Of a stretch of DNA of 64,000 nucleotides, positions 49,038 to 59,034 are shown piece by piece. The notes beneath the pieces are model-generated. The model saw only the letters and a list, made by a program, of their open reading frames with translations, searched no databases and was not told the DNA's origin. The DNA is from an uncultured Alphaproteobacteria bacterium (GTDB lineage Bacteria > Pseudomonadota > Alphaproteobacteria > Rhizobiales > Hyphomicrobiaceae): positions 18,251 through 82,250 of the forward strand of contig CAVPTI010000021.1 in NCBI GenBank assembly GCA_963708775.1. The letters are read 5' to 3'. Position 1 is the stretch's first letter. Each line of letters opens with the position of its first letter. The translations under genes and the position numbers were made by a program.

Positions 49038-50063
49038 ATGGTCCGACGAATGTCACGGGATCGCCGTGCGTTTTTGAACGCGGCAGCTGCTGCTGTTGCT
49101 GCACCGTTTTTGTTGCGCTCGATGACCGTGGCGGCTTTGGCGCAGGATGCGCTACCCGGCACGGGTGCGGTGTCGCCGATCTGGGGGGAACTCGGTCGGC
49201 TGACGATCTCCGCCCAGAAGATGGGCCTCGCGGTGCCGCGTATGTCGCTCGGGCCTGAGAGTTTGACTGACGATTTCTCCACTACGATGCCGGCCATCGT
49301 CGATTTCATGGATAGCCTTGATGCTGCGATCGCATCGGCGCCCATCGAAAAGGCAGATGCGGCGGAAGATCTGAAGCAGGAGGCGAGCACGCTTCTGGGA
49401 AAGGTGCTCGCGGCGGAGAAGCTGCCGAGGGAGGCGACGGAGGAGCCTGGTCCGCCAGGGGCGGCGCCGACCGTGAAGGCGCCGAAGTTCGAGGATGTAG
49501 CGGAGGGCTATCGGGACCTGTTCCGTACGTGTGTGATCCGCACGGATATGACCTCGCAAGTGAAATGGTACACCGACAAGCTTGTCGATCCCGCGCGGCG
49601 CGAGCGCTATCAGAGGATCGAGGATGAGATCTGTGTTCCCTGGTATTTCGTCGGCATCATTCATGGGATGGAGTGCGGCTTTGACTTCAACAAGCATCTT
49701 CACAACGGCGATCCTTTAAAAGGGCGCACGGTGCAGGTGCCAAAAGGCAGGCCGCAGGTCTGGAATCCGCCGACGGATTGGCATTCGAGTGCGGTCGATG
49801 CGCTGCGTTACGACAAGTTCGCTGATCTCACGGATTGGGATCTGGCGCGGATGCTCTACCGCTGGGAAGCCTACAACGGTTGGCGCTCGCGGCTTCTCTA
49901 CAACATCAATACGCCGTACCTCTGGAGCTTTTCGAACCACTACACGAAGGGCAAGTTCGTCGCTGACAACGTGTGGGATGCGAACGCCGTTTCGAAGCAA
50001 TGCGGCGCGGCGGTGATGCTCAAGATGATCGTGGACGGCGGCGTCGTCGGCCAGCCGGCTTGA
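49038..50063 (+). CDS. TAT-exported hypothetical protein (possible muramidase-like C-terminal domain)
   Basis: Twin-arginine leader SRDRRAFLNAAAAAVAAPFLL. The C-terminal VPWYFVGIIHGMECGFDFNKHLHNGDPLKGRTVQVPKGRP...EAYNGWRSR resembles a family I vaguely recall as lysozyme-like. The functional call is weak. Confidence 0.5.
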   Translation: MVRRMSRDRRAFLNAAAAAVAAPFLLRSMTVAALAQDALPGTGAVSPIWGELGRLTISAQKMGLAVPRMSLGPESLTDDFSTTMPAIVDFMDSLDAAIASAPIEKADAAEDLKQEASTLLGKVLAAEKLPREATEEPGPPGAAPTVKAPKFEDVAEGYRDLFRTCVIRTDMTSQVKWYTDKLVDPARRERYQRIEDEICVPWYFVGIIHGMECGFDFNKHLHNGDPLKGRTVQVPKGRPQVWNPPTDWHSSAVDALRYDKFADLTDWDLARMLYRWEAYNGWRSRLLYNINTPYLWSFSNHYTKGKFVADNVWDANAVSKQCGAAVMLKMIVDGGVVGQPA

Positions 50064-50067
50064 AGAT

Positions 50068-51228
50068 TCAGGAACTGCCGTAAACGAGGCCGACAGCCTG
50101 CTGGGCGGCGAGGACTTGATCGCAGTCGCTTTCGGCGAAACCTGATCCTTTCTTCTGCGTGAGATCCAGACAGGATTGCAGGAAGCCTTCCGCCGCTTCG
50201 ACCAAGGTTGCGGTCTGGTTCAGGTTTGCCGTCATCGTGCGGTAGGTAAGGTGGGCGAGTTTTTGGCGGCCGAGCGGCTTCACCGTCGTGCCGCGATGTT
50301 CGCCGCCTTCGGAGATGAGATAGGCAAACTTGTTCAGAATGCCACTATTGAAGTGGACACATCCGTTGTCGTTCAGCCAGGTCGTGGCGCAGATCTGGTC
50401 GTCCGCCGTGACGACGTCACCATAGTGGTCAGGCTGGCCGCGGTTGCTGCTGGAGAAGGCTTGGGATCTGTCGAAGAGCGATGTGCCGTCCGGTGTCGAG
50501 AGATTTGGATTGGCAAGTGAGCGGAGTGGACGGTCCGGAGAATAGCCCGGCGCGCTTTCTCCGAGCAGCCAATTGGCGGAGCCGGACTTTGCGTAGAATT
50601 CGATGAGTGCGCCGAAGATGTCGGCGATGCTTTCGTTCACGGCGCCGGGCTCGTCGGAATAAATCAGGTTCGCCTCGTGCTGGATGATGCCGTGCACCAT
50701 TTCGTGCGCGACGATGTCGATTGCGCCGGCGTATCCGGGCCCAAAGACCATCACGTTCTGCTTCGGGCAATAGTACGATTTGGATGGGCACCAGTAGGCG
50801 TTGCGCACGGTACCGTAGCGGACGTAGCTCTCAAGAGGTGCACCGCCCTTGGGGCCGTCCTGATCGTTGTCGTCGTAGCTGTTGCGGCCGAAGACGAGGA
50901 AGAAGAAGTCACGCACAGCGCCGGTATAGCGGAAGGCCTGTTCAGCATCAGCCGGAAGTGACTGACCTTTGCCTTTTCCGTCTTCGTCGACGAGCGCAGC
51001 CGTATCGGCAGGGTTCGCATAATCGTAAATGCGGCGGATCAGTCCTGAGGGTTTGTCGCGGTAGAAGTGGAAGACCTCGCCCGACTTGGCATCGACGAAC
51101 AGGCGGAAGCTATCGATCGACACCAGCCACGCGAGGCGGGCACCGCCATCGACGTTGGCGCGCAGCAGGGCCGGGTCGAAGACCACGACTTCGGCGGTGG
51201 CCGGTGTGGTCTGAGGATTGGGCCCCAT
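50068..51228 (-). pseudogene. Thermolysin-family (M4) metallopeptidase catalytic region, probably the 3' part of the 51272-54121 frame
   Basis: HEXXH with downstream Glu (VAHEMVHGIIQHE...NESIADIFG), and the M4 C-domain motif NDNGCVHFNSGILNKFAYL. This frame stays open upstream of ATG 51228 (LAELLKGSSTGTAPPLP-MGPN...). There is no signal peptide or propeptide of its own. Confidence 0.75.
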
Positions 51229-51271
51229 GGGAAGGGGCGGTGCGGTGCCGGTGCTGGATCCTTTCAGCAGT

Positions 51272-54121
51272 TCAGCCAGCCGAGTTCCGGGCGGCGGCCG
51301 TGGCCGCGCTTTCAGCGATGTCGGGTGCGGTCTTGTCGACCTGGGCTGCCGATGTGGAGCCCTGATACTTGGTCACGCCGAGCGTGTTCTCGACCGTGAG
51401 ACGGGCGGAGGAGCCGAACACCTTCACGCCATTGACGCGCTGTTCGACGTTGGCGATGTAGCGGCCGGGGAAATCCGGATCCTTGCGACGGCCGATGTAT
51501 TTGAGTTCGGCTTTCTTGCCCTTTGCGGGAAGTGCCGCGGTGATGCCGCTGGTGTCGAGAAAGGTTTCGACGATGCGCCGGGTGTCGTCTTCCGACTGTT
51601 CCGCGGGGCGGGCGCCTGCCGCGAGTGACGTGGCGTCGGGTCTGAAGCCAGAGATGCTGCTCGGAAGGCCGGTGGCGGGATTGATGACGACCTTCAGATC
51701 CGGGTTGGCCTTCTTCAGGTCCTCTACGCCCTTGCTGACTTCGATGCGAACCTCTTCGGCCGGGGCACCTGCGACGGTGCTGTTATCGGTTACGGGACCT
51801 CCGGCGACAACGTCCGTGACGGCGCTGCTCGGCGCTTCAGGGGAAGCGGCAGGCACTTGTCCGCCGGAAGCGGGCAAGTTCAGCGCTGCGATGAGGCCGC
51901 CATCCCTCCGCCGGCACTTGACCGGCTGTTCGGAACTGCTGCCGGCGTCGGAGGCGACGAGGCTGTGTGCAATGCGGGCGCTGAGGCCGGTTTCTGTGAA
52001 CGCGGCTTTGAGTGCATCGGTTGTTGCGGTCCACGCAGTTTCGATCGGCGCGATGTCGGATTTGAGAGCGGGGATGCGCGCGGCCTTTGCTTCGCGGACG
52101 GAAGCCTGACCATCGCCGTTGAGATCGATGCGGGGAAAATGACACTCGTTGTCATCGATCAGCCCGTCGCCGTTCAGATCTTCGGTGAAAGCGGTCTCTG
52201 TTGCAGCCGCGGTCTCGATTGCGATGAGCGCGCGGGCAAAGAGCTTGACGTCGTCTGCATCGATCGTGCCGTTGCCATCGAGGTCGGCGAGACGCTTGCG
52301 CGCGCTTTCGGAAACCGATGCGGCTGCTGCAATCGCGTCGATGCGCGGCGCGTGGGAGTCACCCGTCACGCCACTCTCTTTCAACGCAGCGATGATTTCC
52401 TCGGGCGCTTTCTCCGGGGCAAGTTCGAACAAGAGGCCGGCGAGCGCGGCAACGTGCGGGGCAGCTTGTGACGTGCCCGAGCAGACGCCGAAGGGGGACG
52501 TGGTGCTGCCGAGCGTGCTCATGATGTCGACGCCGGGTGCGGAAACATGACCGCCCGTGTTCGAAAAGCCGGCACGATTGCCGTCACGACCGGTGGCTTC
52601 AACCACGATGATGTTGCGGACGGGTTCACCACTCGTCCAAGCATACGTGCCGGCCCAGGCGAATGGCGAGGCCCAGCGGGCTTCGAGCGGCTTATCGAGT
52701 CCCTCGCTGTCGTTGCCGGCGGCGACGACGAACAGCACTTCATTTTCAACGAGGCGAGCCATCGTGCGAATGACGCTCGCCTGATCGGCGATGTGCAGCT
52801 TCAGTCCCTCGACATCGTCGGGGTTGGCGTCACCGAGGACACCGCGCGCCACGAAGTTATAGGCCAGACTGACATTGAGGACGCGCAGATTGCCGCCCTG
52901 CTTCAAGTTGGTCGTGAGGTAGATCATCGTGTTCGACAACACATCGGAGAACAGCATGGCCTGGGCCTGCCAGCTGAGATCCGCATCGAGATTGTCGCGT
53001 TCGCCGATGAACTCGGCTGCGATCGCAACTGCTTCGAGGTTGGCGTCGGGAACGATGCCATCGATGCCGGGGGCCGCGGTCTGCTTGGCACCGATGATGC
53101 CGGCGACATGGGTGCCGTGGTTGGTTTCGCAGTCGGGGCGCACGAGTGGCGGACGATAGGCGCCGCGGGCCAGCGTGTACTTGACGTTGGCGTTCTCGGT
53201 GAAGCCGATGTCGATGATGCCGATTTTTGGACGCACCGCTTCTGGATTGGCGGCGCGATGGCGTTCGATCAGCGACCACATGGCCGGCATGCGAATAGCC
53301 TTGAGGCCCCAATTGCCATCGGGCGTGTCGCCCGGCTGCCAACGCCAAGCATAGGACTTGTCGCCGATCTTGATCTCGGCACCGGACGGTTTGGGCAGAG
53401 CTTTGGTACCGATGAGGCTATCGACGAATGCGGCGTCGACGGTGGGTTCCTTGCGAAGAGCCTGCACCAAGGGCGGATCGAGAATGCGGTTCAGCTTCTG
53501 ATCTGGGGCTGCGCCTTCCAGGCTGCGCGTTGGTTCAGACGGATTGTTCTGCTCGACGGTGATGACGCCGAGCGCGCCGATCACTTTCGTGATCTTCAAG
53601 TCGTATTTCTTTAGCAGCTCTTGGATCTGCTGTTCGGTTACGTCCGGTTTCAGCTGGATCATGTAGCTGTTCTTTTTCGCCACCGGCACACCCGACGGAG
53701 GTGTGGCGCTGCCGCCTGTTCTGATCACGAGCGAGGAGGCGGTGCCCGTTGCTGCGTCTGTGGCAGTGCCGCTCAAAGGTGCGGCTTGAGCCGGGAGAGG
53801 CGAACGGAAAATCGAAGAGGATTTTCCGCCCCAGACTTTCTTTTTGATGTTGTCGTACCAGCTGTCCGATGCGCCTTGGCGTTTGCGCTTCGACGCGCCG
53901 GGATCGGGCTTGACGTACTCAAAGTCGGTTTTGTTTTGCGCGGGTGGGGACGGCGATCGGCTGCCAGGTTGCGGAGCAGGTTTGGCCGCGCCATCGGGCT
54001 GGAACTTATCTTCCAGAATATTCTTCAGGCGATCATATTCGCCGGTCTGCGCCACGGCCGGCACCGCTGAGGCCATTGCGGAGAGCGCGGCCCCGATCAG
54101 GATCGTGGTGCGGATTTTCAT
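51272..54121 (-). pseudogene. Exported subtilase (S8) - DxDxDG Ca-binding repeats - M4-type FTP/PepSY propeptide region
   Basis: ATG 54121 gives signal MKIRTTILIGAALSAMASAVPAVA, followed by an I9-like propeptide (YMIQLKPDVTEQQIQELLKKY). The S8 triad sits in IGIIDIGF, HGTHVAGIIGA and GTSQAAPHVAALAGLL. Three loops follow: DLDGNGTIDADD, DLNGDGLIDDNE and DLNGDGQASVRE. The frame ends with FTP-like IVETFLDTSG...VEQRVNGVKVFGSSARLTV. Confidence 0.75.
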
Positions 54122-54149
54122 GTCAGGACCTCGTCGGACGCGACGTTGA

Positions 54150-55723
54150 TCAGCTGCGCCATTTGGACCACCAGTTCGAGACGCCATCCTTCATCCATTG
54201 CCACCAGCCCTGTTCAGCGTCGGGCGTTGGTGCGGGACTGGGCTGCGGCGCGGGTGCAGGCTCAGGTGCGGGTGCAGGCGTTGGCTGCGGCTCAGGTACT
54301 GGTGCCGGAGCAGGGGGGGCGGGAGAGGGCGCTGGGTCGGGCTGCGGGGTCGGCGCGGGGATTGGTTGCGGCTCCGGTTGCGGCTCCGGTGCAGGAGCAG
54401 GTGGAGCCGGCACGGGTTCCGGTGCAGGCACGGGTGCAGGTTCTGGTTCAGGAATTGGCGCGGGCGACGGTTCAGGCGCAGGTTCGGCGCAGGTGACGGT
54501 TCCGGCGCAGGGGCGGGTTCCGGTGCGGGCGCTGGTGCAGGTTCAGGAATTGGCGTGGGGGTAGGCGCTGGCGCGGGTGCCGGTGTGGGTTCGGGAGACG
54601 GTTGCGGTTGCGGCTCGGGCTGCGGTGCAGGCGGTGCAGCGCCGATCTCGTAATTCGCGTCGATGAGGAGCGTGCCATCGGCGCCAATGCCCGGATCGAG
54701 ACCTTTGTCGCGGCGAAGGGCGGCGACGAGCGAGGTGAAAACAGGGACGTAGGCCGTAACCGTTTTTGTGCCAGCCTTGATGGTTTGGCGCGCCTGAAAA
54801 TGCAGATGCAGGCTCGTGGACGGCGAACCGTTCATGTACTTCGAAACTTTGCCGAGCACTTGGCCCTGCTTTACCGTTTGCCCGGTCTTCACTTTGATCG
54901 AGCTGGGGTGCATGTGGAGGTAGTAGTAGTCGGTGCCGTCTTTGGCCTTTGAGCTGAACGGTCGTGTTCTTCGTGACGTTGGTGATGGTGCCGTCAGTGA
55001 CGGCGACAGCCTCCCACGTATTATCTTTGAACGTGGCGGGGCGGATGTCTTGGCCTTGATGACCGGCCCCTGATGGGCAGAGCGGCATCGCCCAGCCGCG
55101 GACTTCGCAATAGTTGTCGCGCTGCTGCATGGGATCGTAGTTGCGGCGGTCGCTTTCGCTGCCGCCGGGTGCGCCTTTGCCGCCCCAGCCACCGCCGCCG
55201 TAGCCCCAAATCTGCGAATTCATGTGCGGGAATTGGCCGTCGCCGAGTTTCAGCGGGAAGACGATGTCGGGCAGGTAGACGAAGCGATCGTTGGCGCGAC
55301 CGCGGCCGGCATCTTTCTCGAGGAGATTGCCGGGCGGGTGATAGGCGAACGGAGGTTTCGGAAGGTCCGGCGCGGGGCCGGGGGTGGGCGTCGGGAGTGG
55401 GGCTCGGCGTGGGTGCAGGTTCAGGTGCGAGCTGGCACTTGGCGAGTTGAATTCGGGCCTGCGTGCTCGTGCCGGATTGCGGTGGGCAGGCTGGTTGATC
55501 GGGGAAGCGCTGCTGCGACGGCAACGTGGGCGCATGGGCGCCGAGCCCCTGCAGCAATGCGTGGCTCATCAGATCGCGGCCTGCAAGTGCCATGCGCGCT
55601 GGCGCGCGATCGTTGGAAAGCGCGGGATAGGTCGCCAGGAGAGCGGCAACGGACAGTGCCGACGCCGCCAAGGAGACAAGCGGTGGCGCTTCCTCTGCGG
55701 CCTGCGGTTCGATGAAACGCCAC
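54150..55723 (-). pseudogene. M23-family metallopeptidase with Pro-rich repeat linker and Trp-rich C-terminal tail; needs at least 3 frame changes
   Basis: Joined frames give a hydrophobic leader (LVSLAASALSVAALLATYPAL), then GHQGQDIRPA...VTDGTITNV / KDGTDYYYLHMH...GQVLGKV...SLHLHFQ (M23 H-x3-D and HxH-type blocks). About 140 aa of (P-A/E/T/Q) repeats follow, then DAEQGWWQWMKDGVSNWWSKWRS and the stop at 54150. The stop is 28 nt before the S8 start. Confidence 0.7.
54221..54637 (-). repeat. Coding low-complexity repeat (PAPEP-type, ~140 codons)
   Basis: An imperfect CCN-GCN/GAR periodic repeat is visible directly. On the plus strand it reads GGTGCNGGNTCAGG..., which creates the Gly-rich shadow ORF 53944-54564. 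Confidence 0.9.
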
Positions 55724-55990
55724 GACGAATTCCCCCTGTCCGTCCCGATCGCGACCTAGGCGGCATCCGGTTCAGTCCTACAAAAACTATGCCCCAACGG
55801 GCGCGAGCCACGCAACGCGGGCCGGCCTAGGATCCCGATCTACCCCCCGAAAGAAGCGAGTTCAGAAAAGCCTTCTGTGCTGCTGTCAAACGCGCTGCCG
55901 CGGCCGGATCGGAAAGGATGCGATCGATGCGTGCTGCGAGATCCGCCGGCAACGCGTTCGGCAGCGCCGTCGCGGGTGGCGCAGTATCGG

Positions 55991-58243
55991 CTATGCTTCC
56001 GGCGCTGCGCCGGGAATGGGTTCGAGGCTTGCGAGAAATGCCGGGCCGATCCAGAGCTTCTTGGTCCAGTCGCCTTTGATGACGATATTGAAGAAGAGGT
56101 TCTGGACATCGATATTCTGATTGATCAGGCGGCGGGGTACGACAACGTTGCCGACGGAGCGCAGCGCTGCGGTGGGGCCGCGCATCGTGAGGTCCGGCGC
56201 GGACGTGACGGTTCCATTTTTGATCGTGTAGGTGGCCGTCAGGTTCTCGACCGGCGTATTGCGGGACGGCGTGTAGCCCCATCCTTTGTAGTTCCAGAGT
56301 TGGGCCACCATTTCGCCGATGTCCCAGCCGCGCAGCTGGCCCTTCGTCATTTCGATGCGGGCGTTGCCGTCGAGTGTGGTGACGAGTTCTGCCGGAGAGC
56401 GACCCGTCGCGCGCGTCGCAATATCGACCGTAGAGACACCTTTGAGCAGTGGCCTGCCGGACAACTCGGCGGTGATCGGTTCGGCATCGACGTTCTGTAA
56501 CTTCAGCGCGAGTGCTGCGTCCTGCGATGTTCCGCGCGCCTTGAGGCTCAGAGCGCCCGATCCGCTGCCTGCGCCGATGGCGATGCGATCGATGTTGGCG
56601 GAGAGTTCGCCGTTGTCGAGCATTGCTTTGACGCGTGCGTTGGCGAGCGGGAGCTGTCCGAACTTCACTTCGGGGATGGCCAGATCGAGGTCCAGATCGA
56701 CGGCGCGCAAGGCTTTGAGATCGATCGGCGCTGTGCTCCATGTGGATGGTGCGGGCGCGGCTTCGAGGGATGGCGGTGGCGTTCGAGCCGGTGCGGTCTC
56801 TAATGCTTCGAGTTCGGCGGACAGCACATCGAACGTCGTTTCGAAGCCTGCGTCGGATGGATCGCCATTCGCAGCCAACGATGGCGGTGCGGGCGGTGTA
56901 CGGCCGAGCAGAGCATCAAGGTCGATGCGCGAGATCTGGAGGTTGCCTGTGACGCGAGGCCGTGGCCCGCCAAGTGTGATGTCCCCGGTGAAGGCGCCGG
57001 TGCGGCCATCGGCATCGAATGCGGTCTCGGAGAAGGCGATTTTGCCTGGGCGGGCGTCCATCGTGCCGGAAAGTGAACCGGGACCTAAGGCTTCGATCGC
57101 GGGATGGCTGATCCCCAAGCGAGCGCCGATACGGCCGATCGAGTCCGTCTTTGCTGATACAGCGCCCGCGTAGCTTCGTTCAGAGCCGAGCGACACCGTT
57201 CCATCAATTTCGGCGGCAAGTCCCGGACCAGCGATCGCGCCTTTGAGCGCGGAAGGTTTGCCCGCGATGGCCTCGCGGAGGCTTGCGAGCGTCAGGTCAT
57301 AGGTGACGGGATGCATCGCGCAGGATGATCGATCCTGTCGCGCGGGATTTTGTTTGGGGATCGGTCGTGGCCTTGAGGGACTATCGCGCCGGCGGTCGCA
57401 GGGCACGCTCTCGCCGAATCCCAGCCACGTCGCGAGGTCGCGCGCGGACGGGCTTGTCGCATCGATTTCACCTGAGAGCATCGGCGTTTCACCAATGGCG
57501 CCTTCGCCGGCCAATTTTGCTTTCAGTATGCGGCTGTCGATAGAGAGCGCCAGCGGGGTCGCCCGTCCAGCAGCGGCGGCCGCTGCATCGGAAACGGCGA
57601 GATCGAATGTCAGCGGTTCCTTGTTGTAGGTGAATGTGCCGTTGGCGGCCGCGCCGCCGTACTGTGGATCGGCGGCGATGGAGGCGCTGACGGCATCGAG
57701 CCGCAGTTGGGTTGCGGTGCCTTCGTCGGTGTAGATGATCGTGCCGTTGCTGACCGTTGTAGGTGGCAGAGCGAAAGCCACCGGCACCGTAGGCTCGGCC
57801 ACTTGCGCCAGCTGCCAGTTTCCAGTGCCGCTGGCGGCGCGAACGAGATTGACCACGGGTGCGTCGAGTTCCAGTGAAACAATTTGCGGGTTGCGGTCGA
57901 TGATCGAGCGCAAGGGCACGCGCGCCGTGATTTTTCGGGATGCGAACGGTGATGATCCCGGCGCGCTGCCGGGGCGGCCGAGTTCGACGCCGGAGAGTTC
58001 GACAGTGACGATCTCGCGGATGTGGTAGCGCGAATTCGTGACCGTGAGTTCTCGTCCCGTTTGGTCGTGAATGGCCTTCTTCAAAAGCGAGGTGAAGAAG
58101 AATGCTGGCGGGGCAAAGAGAAGGCTTGCGGCAAGGCTGGCAATCAGCAGCAGGAAACCGGTGGCAATCCAGCCCCAGCGAATGCGGGCGTGTGTCTTGC
58201 GCTGGCGTGATTGTCGTTTCGCGTCATTTTTCCCCCACTGCAC
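55991..58243 (-). CDS. asmA: AsmA-family outer-membrane biogenesis protein
   Basis: 750-aa ORF with an N-terminal TM anchor (WGWIATGFLLLIASLAASLLFA), a long beta-rich repetitive body, and the AsmA C-terminal region (LDGNARIEMTKGQLRGWDIG...YTIKNGTVTS...LRSVGNVVVPRR...VIKGDW). The segment ~57300-57420 translates as Arg/Pro-rich and may hide compensating indels. Confidence 0.8.
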   Translation of the reverse strand: MQWGKNDAKRQSRQRKTHARIRWGWIATGFLLLIASLAASLLFAPPAFFFTSLLKKAIHDQTGRELTVTNSRYHIREIVTVELSGVELGRPGSAPGSSPFASRKITARVPLRSIIDRNPQIVSLELDAPVVNLVRAASGTGNWQLAQVAEPTVPVAFALPPTTVSNGTIIYTDEGTATQLRLDAVSASIAADPQYGGAAANGTFTYNKEPLTFDLAVSDAAAAAAGRATPLALSIDSRILKAKLAGEGAIGETPMLSGEIDATSPSARDLATWLGFGESVPCDRRRDSPSRPRPIPKQNPARQDRSSCAMHPVTYDLTLASLREAIAGKPSALKGAIAGPGLAAEIDGTVSLGSERSYAGAVSAKTDSIGRIGARLGISHPAIEALGPGSLSGTMDARPGKIAFSETAFDADGRTGAFTGDITLGGPRPRVTGNLQISRIDLDALLGRTPPAPPSLAANGDPSDAGFETTFDVLSAELEALETAPARTPPPSLEAAPAPSTWSTAPIDLKALRAVDLDLDLAIPEVKFGQLPLANARVKAMLDNGELSANIDRIAIGAGSGSGALSLKARGTSQDAALALKLQNVDAEPITAELSGRPLLKGVSTVDIATRATGRSPAELVTTLDGNARIEMTKGQLRGWDIGEMVAQLWNYKGWGYTPSRNTPVENLTATYTIKNGTVTSAPDLTMRGPTAALRSVGNVVVPRRLINQNIDVQNLFFNIVIKGDWTKKLWIGPAFLASLEPIPGAAPEA

Positions 58244-58400
58244 CCTAGCGCAGCCAAGACGCCACTGTCATGTCATCGGCGGAGAGGTGGCACATATCCG
58301 ACACACTCGCGGTGTTGCGCTGCTTGATGGTCAGCGTGGCAGGGCGCTAAGGTGGCGCGTGCAAGAATGGGGTAGGATTGTGCGACGGGTTCAATCCGGA

Positions 58401-59024
58401 ATGATTTTTGATTGCGGCTGTTTTTGTGGCCGCAGGCGTCTGTGCAGGCTGCGGAGCAACTGCTTGAGCGTGGACTGGTCGAATGCGGAATTGACCAACT
58501 TCGTGGCGGCGAAAAAAGAGGAGGCCGCGCGTGGGGCGGCGCCGGTTGCGCCCTCGCGGCTTGATAAGGTGAAACTTCCCGTGCTCGCGTTCGAAGGGGC
58601 ACCGGGCCTCGTGCAGAATTCTTTCCCCGGTCTTGGACCCCAGCCGATGGGCACGCGCGACATTCACACGGACGAGACGAACCCCGTCTGGTACCAAATC
58701 GTCGATACCTACGGAGATGTGACGGTGAGCGTTTCTGCAGATCTGCGCGTGCAGCATGCGTTCGGTGCGGATTATCCGATTTATCCCACATCCGGGCCGG
58801 GTGCCGCGCCGACGGCGGGGCCCGAGGTGTCGGTTTTTGACGAGAATGATGAACAAGGCATGGAAGGTTCGATCGCCGAATACACGGTGACGAAGTTCGG
58901 CGTCCCGTACACCGTGACGATCGAATGTACCGCGGCGACGAAGGCGCAGTGCCAGGATATCGCGCAAATTGCGAAGGACAGTGCGCTGTCTGAAGGTCAT
59001 TGCCGCGACGCCGCCAGAGTATAA
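58401..59024 (+). CDS. Hypothetical protein (probable lipoprotein after frame correction)
   Basis: Protein-like sequence runs from ~58470 (VDWSNAELTNFVAAKKEE...TVTIECTAATKAQCQDIAQIAK). A signal or lipobox-like LIAAVFVAAGVCAGCG is encoded at 58408-58460 in another frame, starting right after a T5 run (58405-58409). Confidence 0.4.
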   Translation: MIFDCGCFCGRRRLCRLRSNCLSVDWSNAELTNFVAAKKEEAARGAAPVAPSRLDKVKLPVLAFEGAPGLVQNSFPGLGPQPMGTRDIHTDETNPVWYQIVDTYGDVTVSVSADLRVQHAFGADYPIYPTSGPGAAPTAGPEVSVFDENDEQGMEGSIAEYTVTKFGVPYTVTIECTAATKAQCQDIAQIAKDSALSEGHCRDAARV

Positions 59025-59034
59025 TTCAACTAGC

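Noticed and set aside
52547-53614. 355-aa plus-strand ORF antisense to the S8 protease. Similar long shadow ORFs occur elsewhere (19552-20412, 38546-39187, 44143-44802, 55827-56741, 61835-63142, 63099-63986).
   Set aside because: All lie inside genes with clear homology on another frame or strand. They have Arg/Pro/Gly/Ala-biased, stop-free composition typical of high-GC DNA and show no motifs.
53944-54564. 206-aa plus-strand ORF encoding a silk-like Gly/Ala/Ser repeat (GAGAGSGAGAGVG...).
   Set aside because: It is the antisense shadow of the Pro-rich repeat of the M23 gene. It has no start context, and it overlaps the well-supported S8 start and M23 stop.
54221-54637. Periodic repeat that could be mistaken for a CRISPR or minisatellite array. 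The same question applies to the 19-bp duplication at 17437-17474.
   Set aside because: The units are 6-15 nt, imperfect, without spacers, and in-frame coding (PAPEP). No cas genes are present. The 19-bp element has only two contiguous copies.
57300-57420. Arg/Pro-rich stretch inside AsmA (PCDRRRDSPSRPRPIPKQNPARQDRSS) as a functional linker.
   Set aside because: The composition matches wrong-frame translation seen elsewhere in the window, so it more likely reflects a pair of compensating indels. I could not reconstruct the correct frame confidently, so it is not reported as a finding.
58385-58400. GGGTTCAATCC-like string resembling a tRNA T-loop.
   Set aside because: The flanking bases do not form a T-stem (ACGGG versus CGGAA), and no acceptor or anticodon arms can be drawn.
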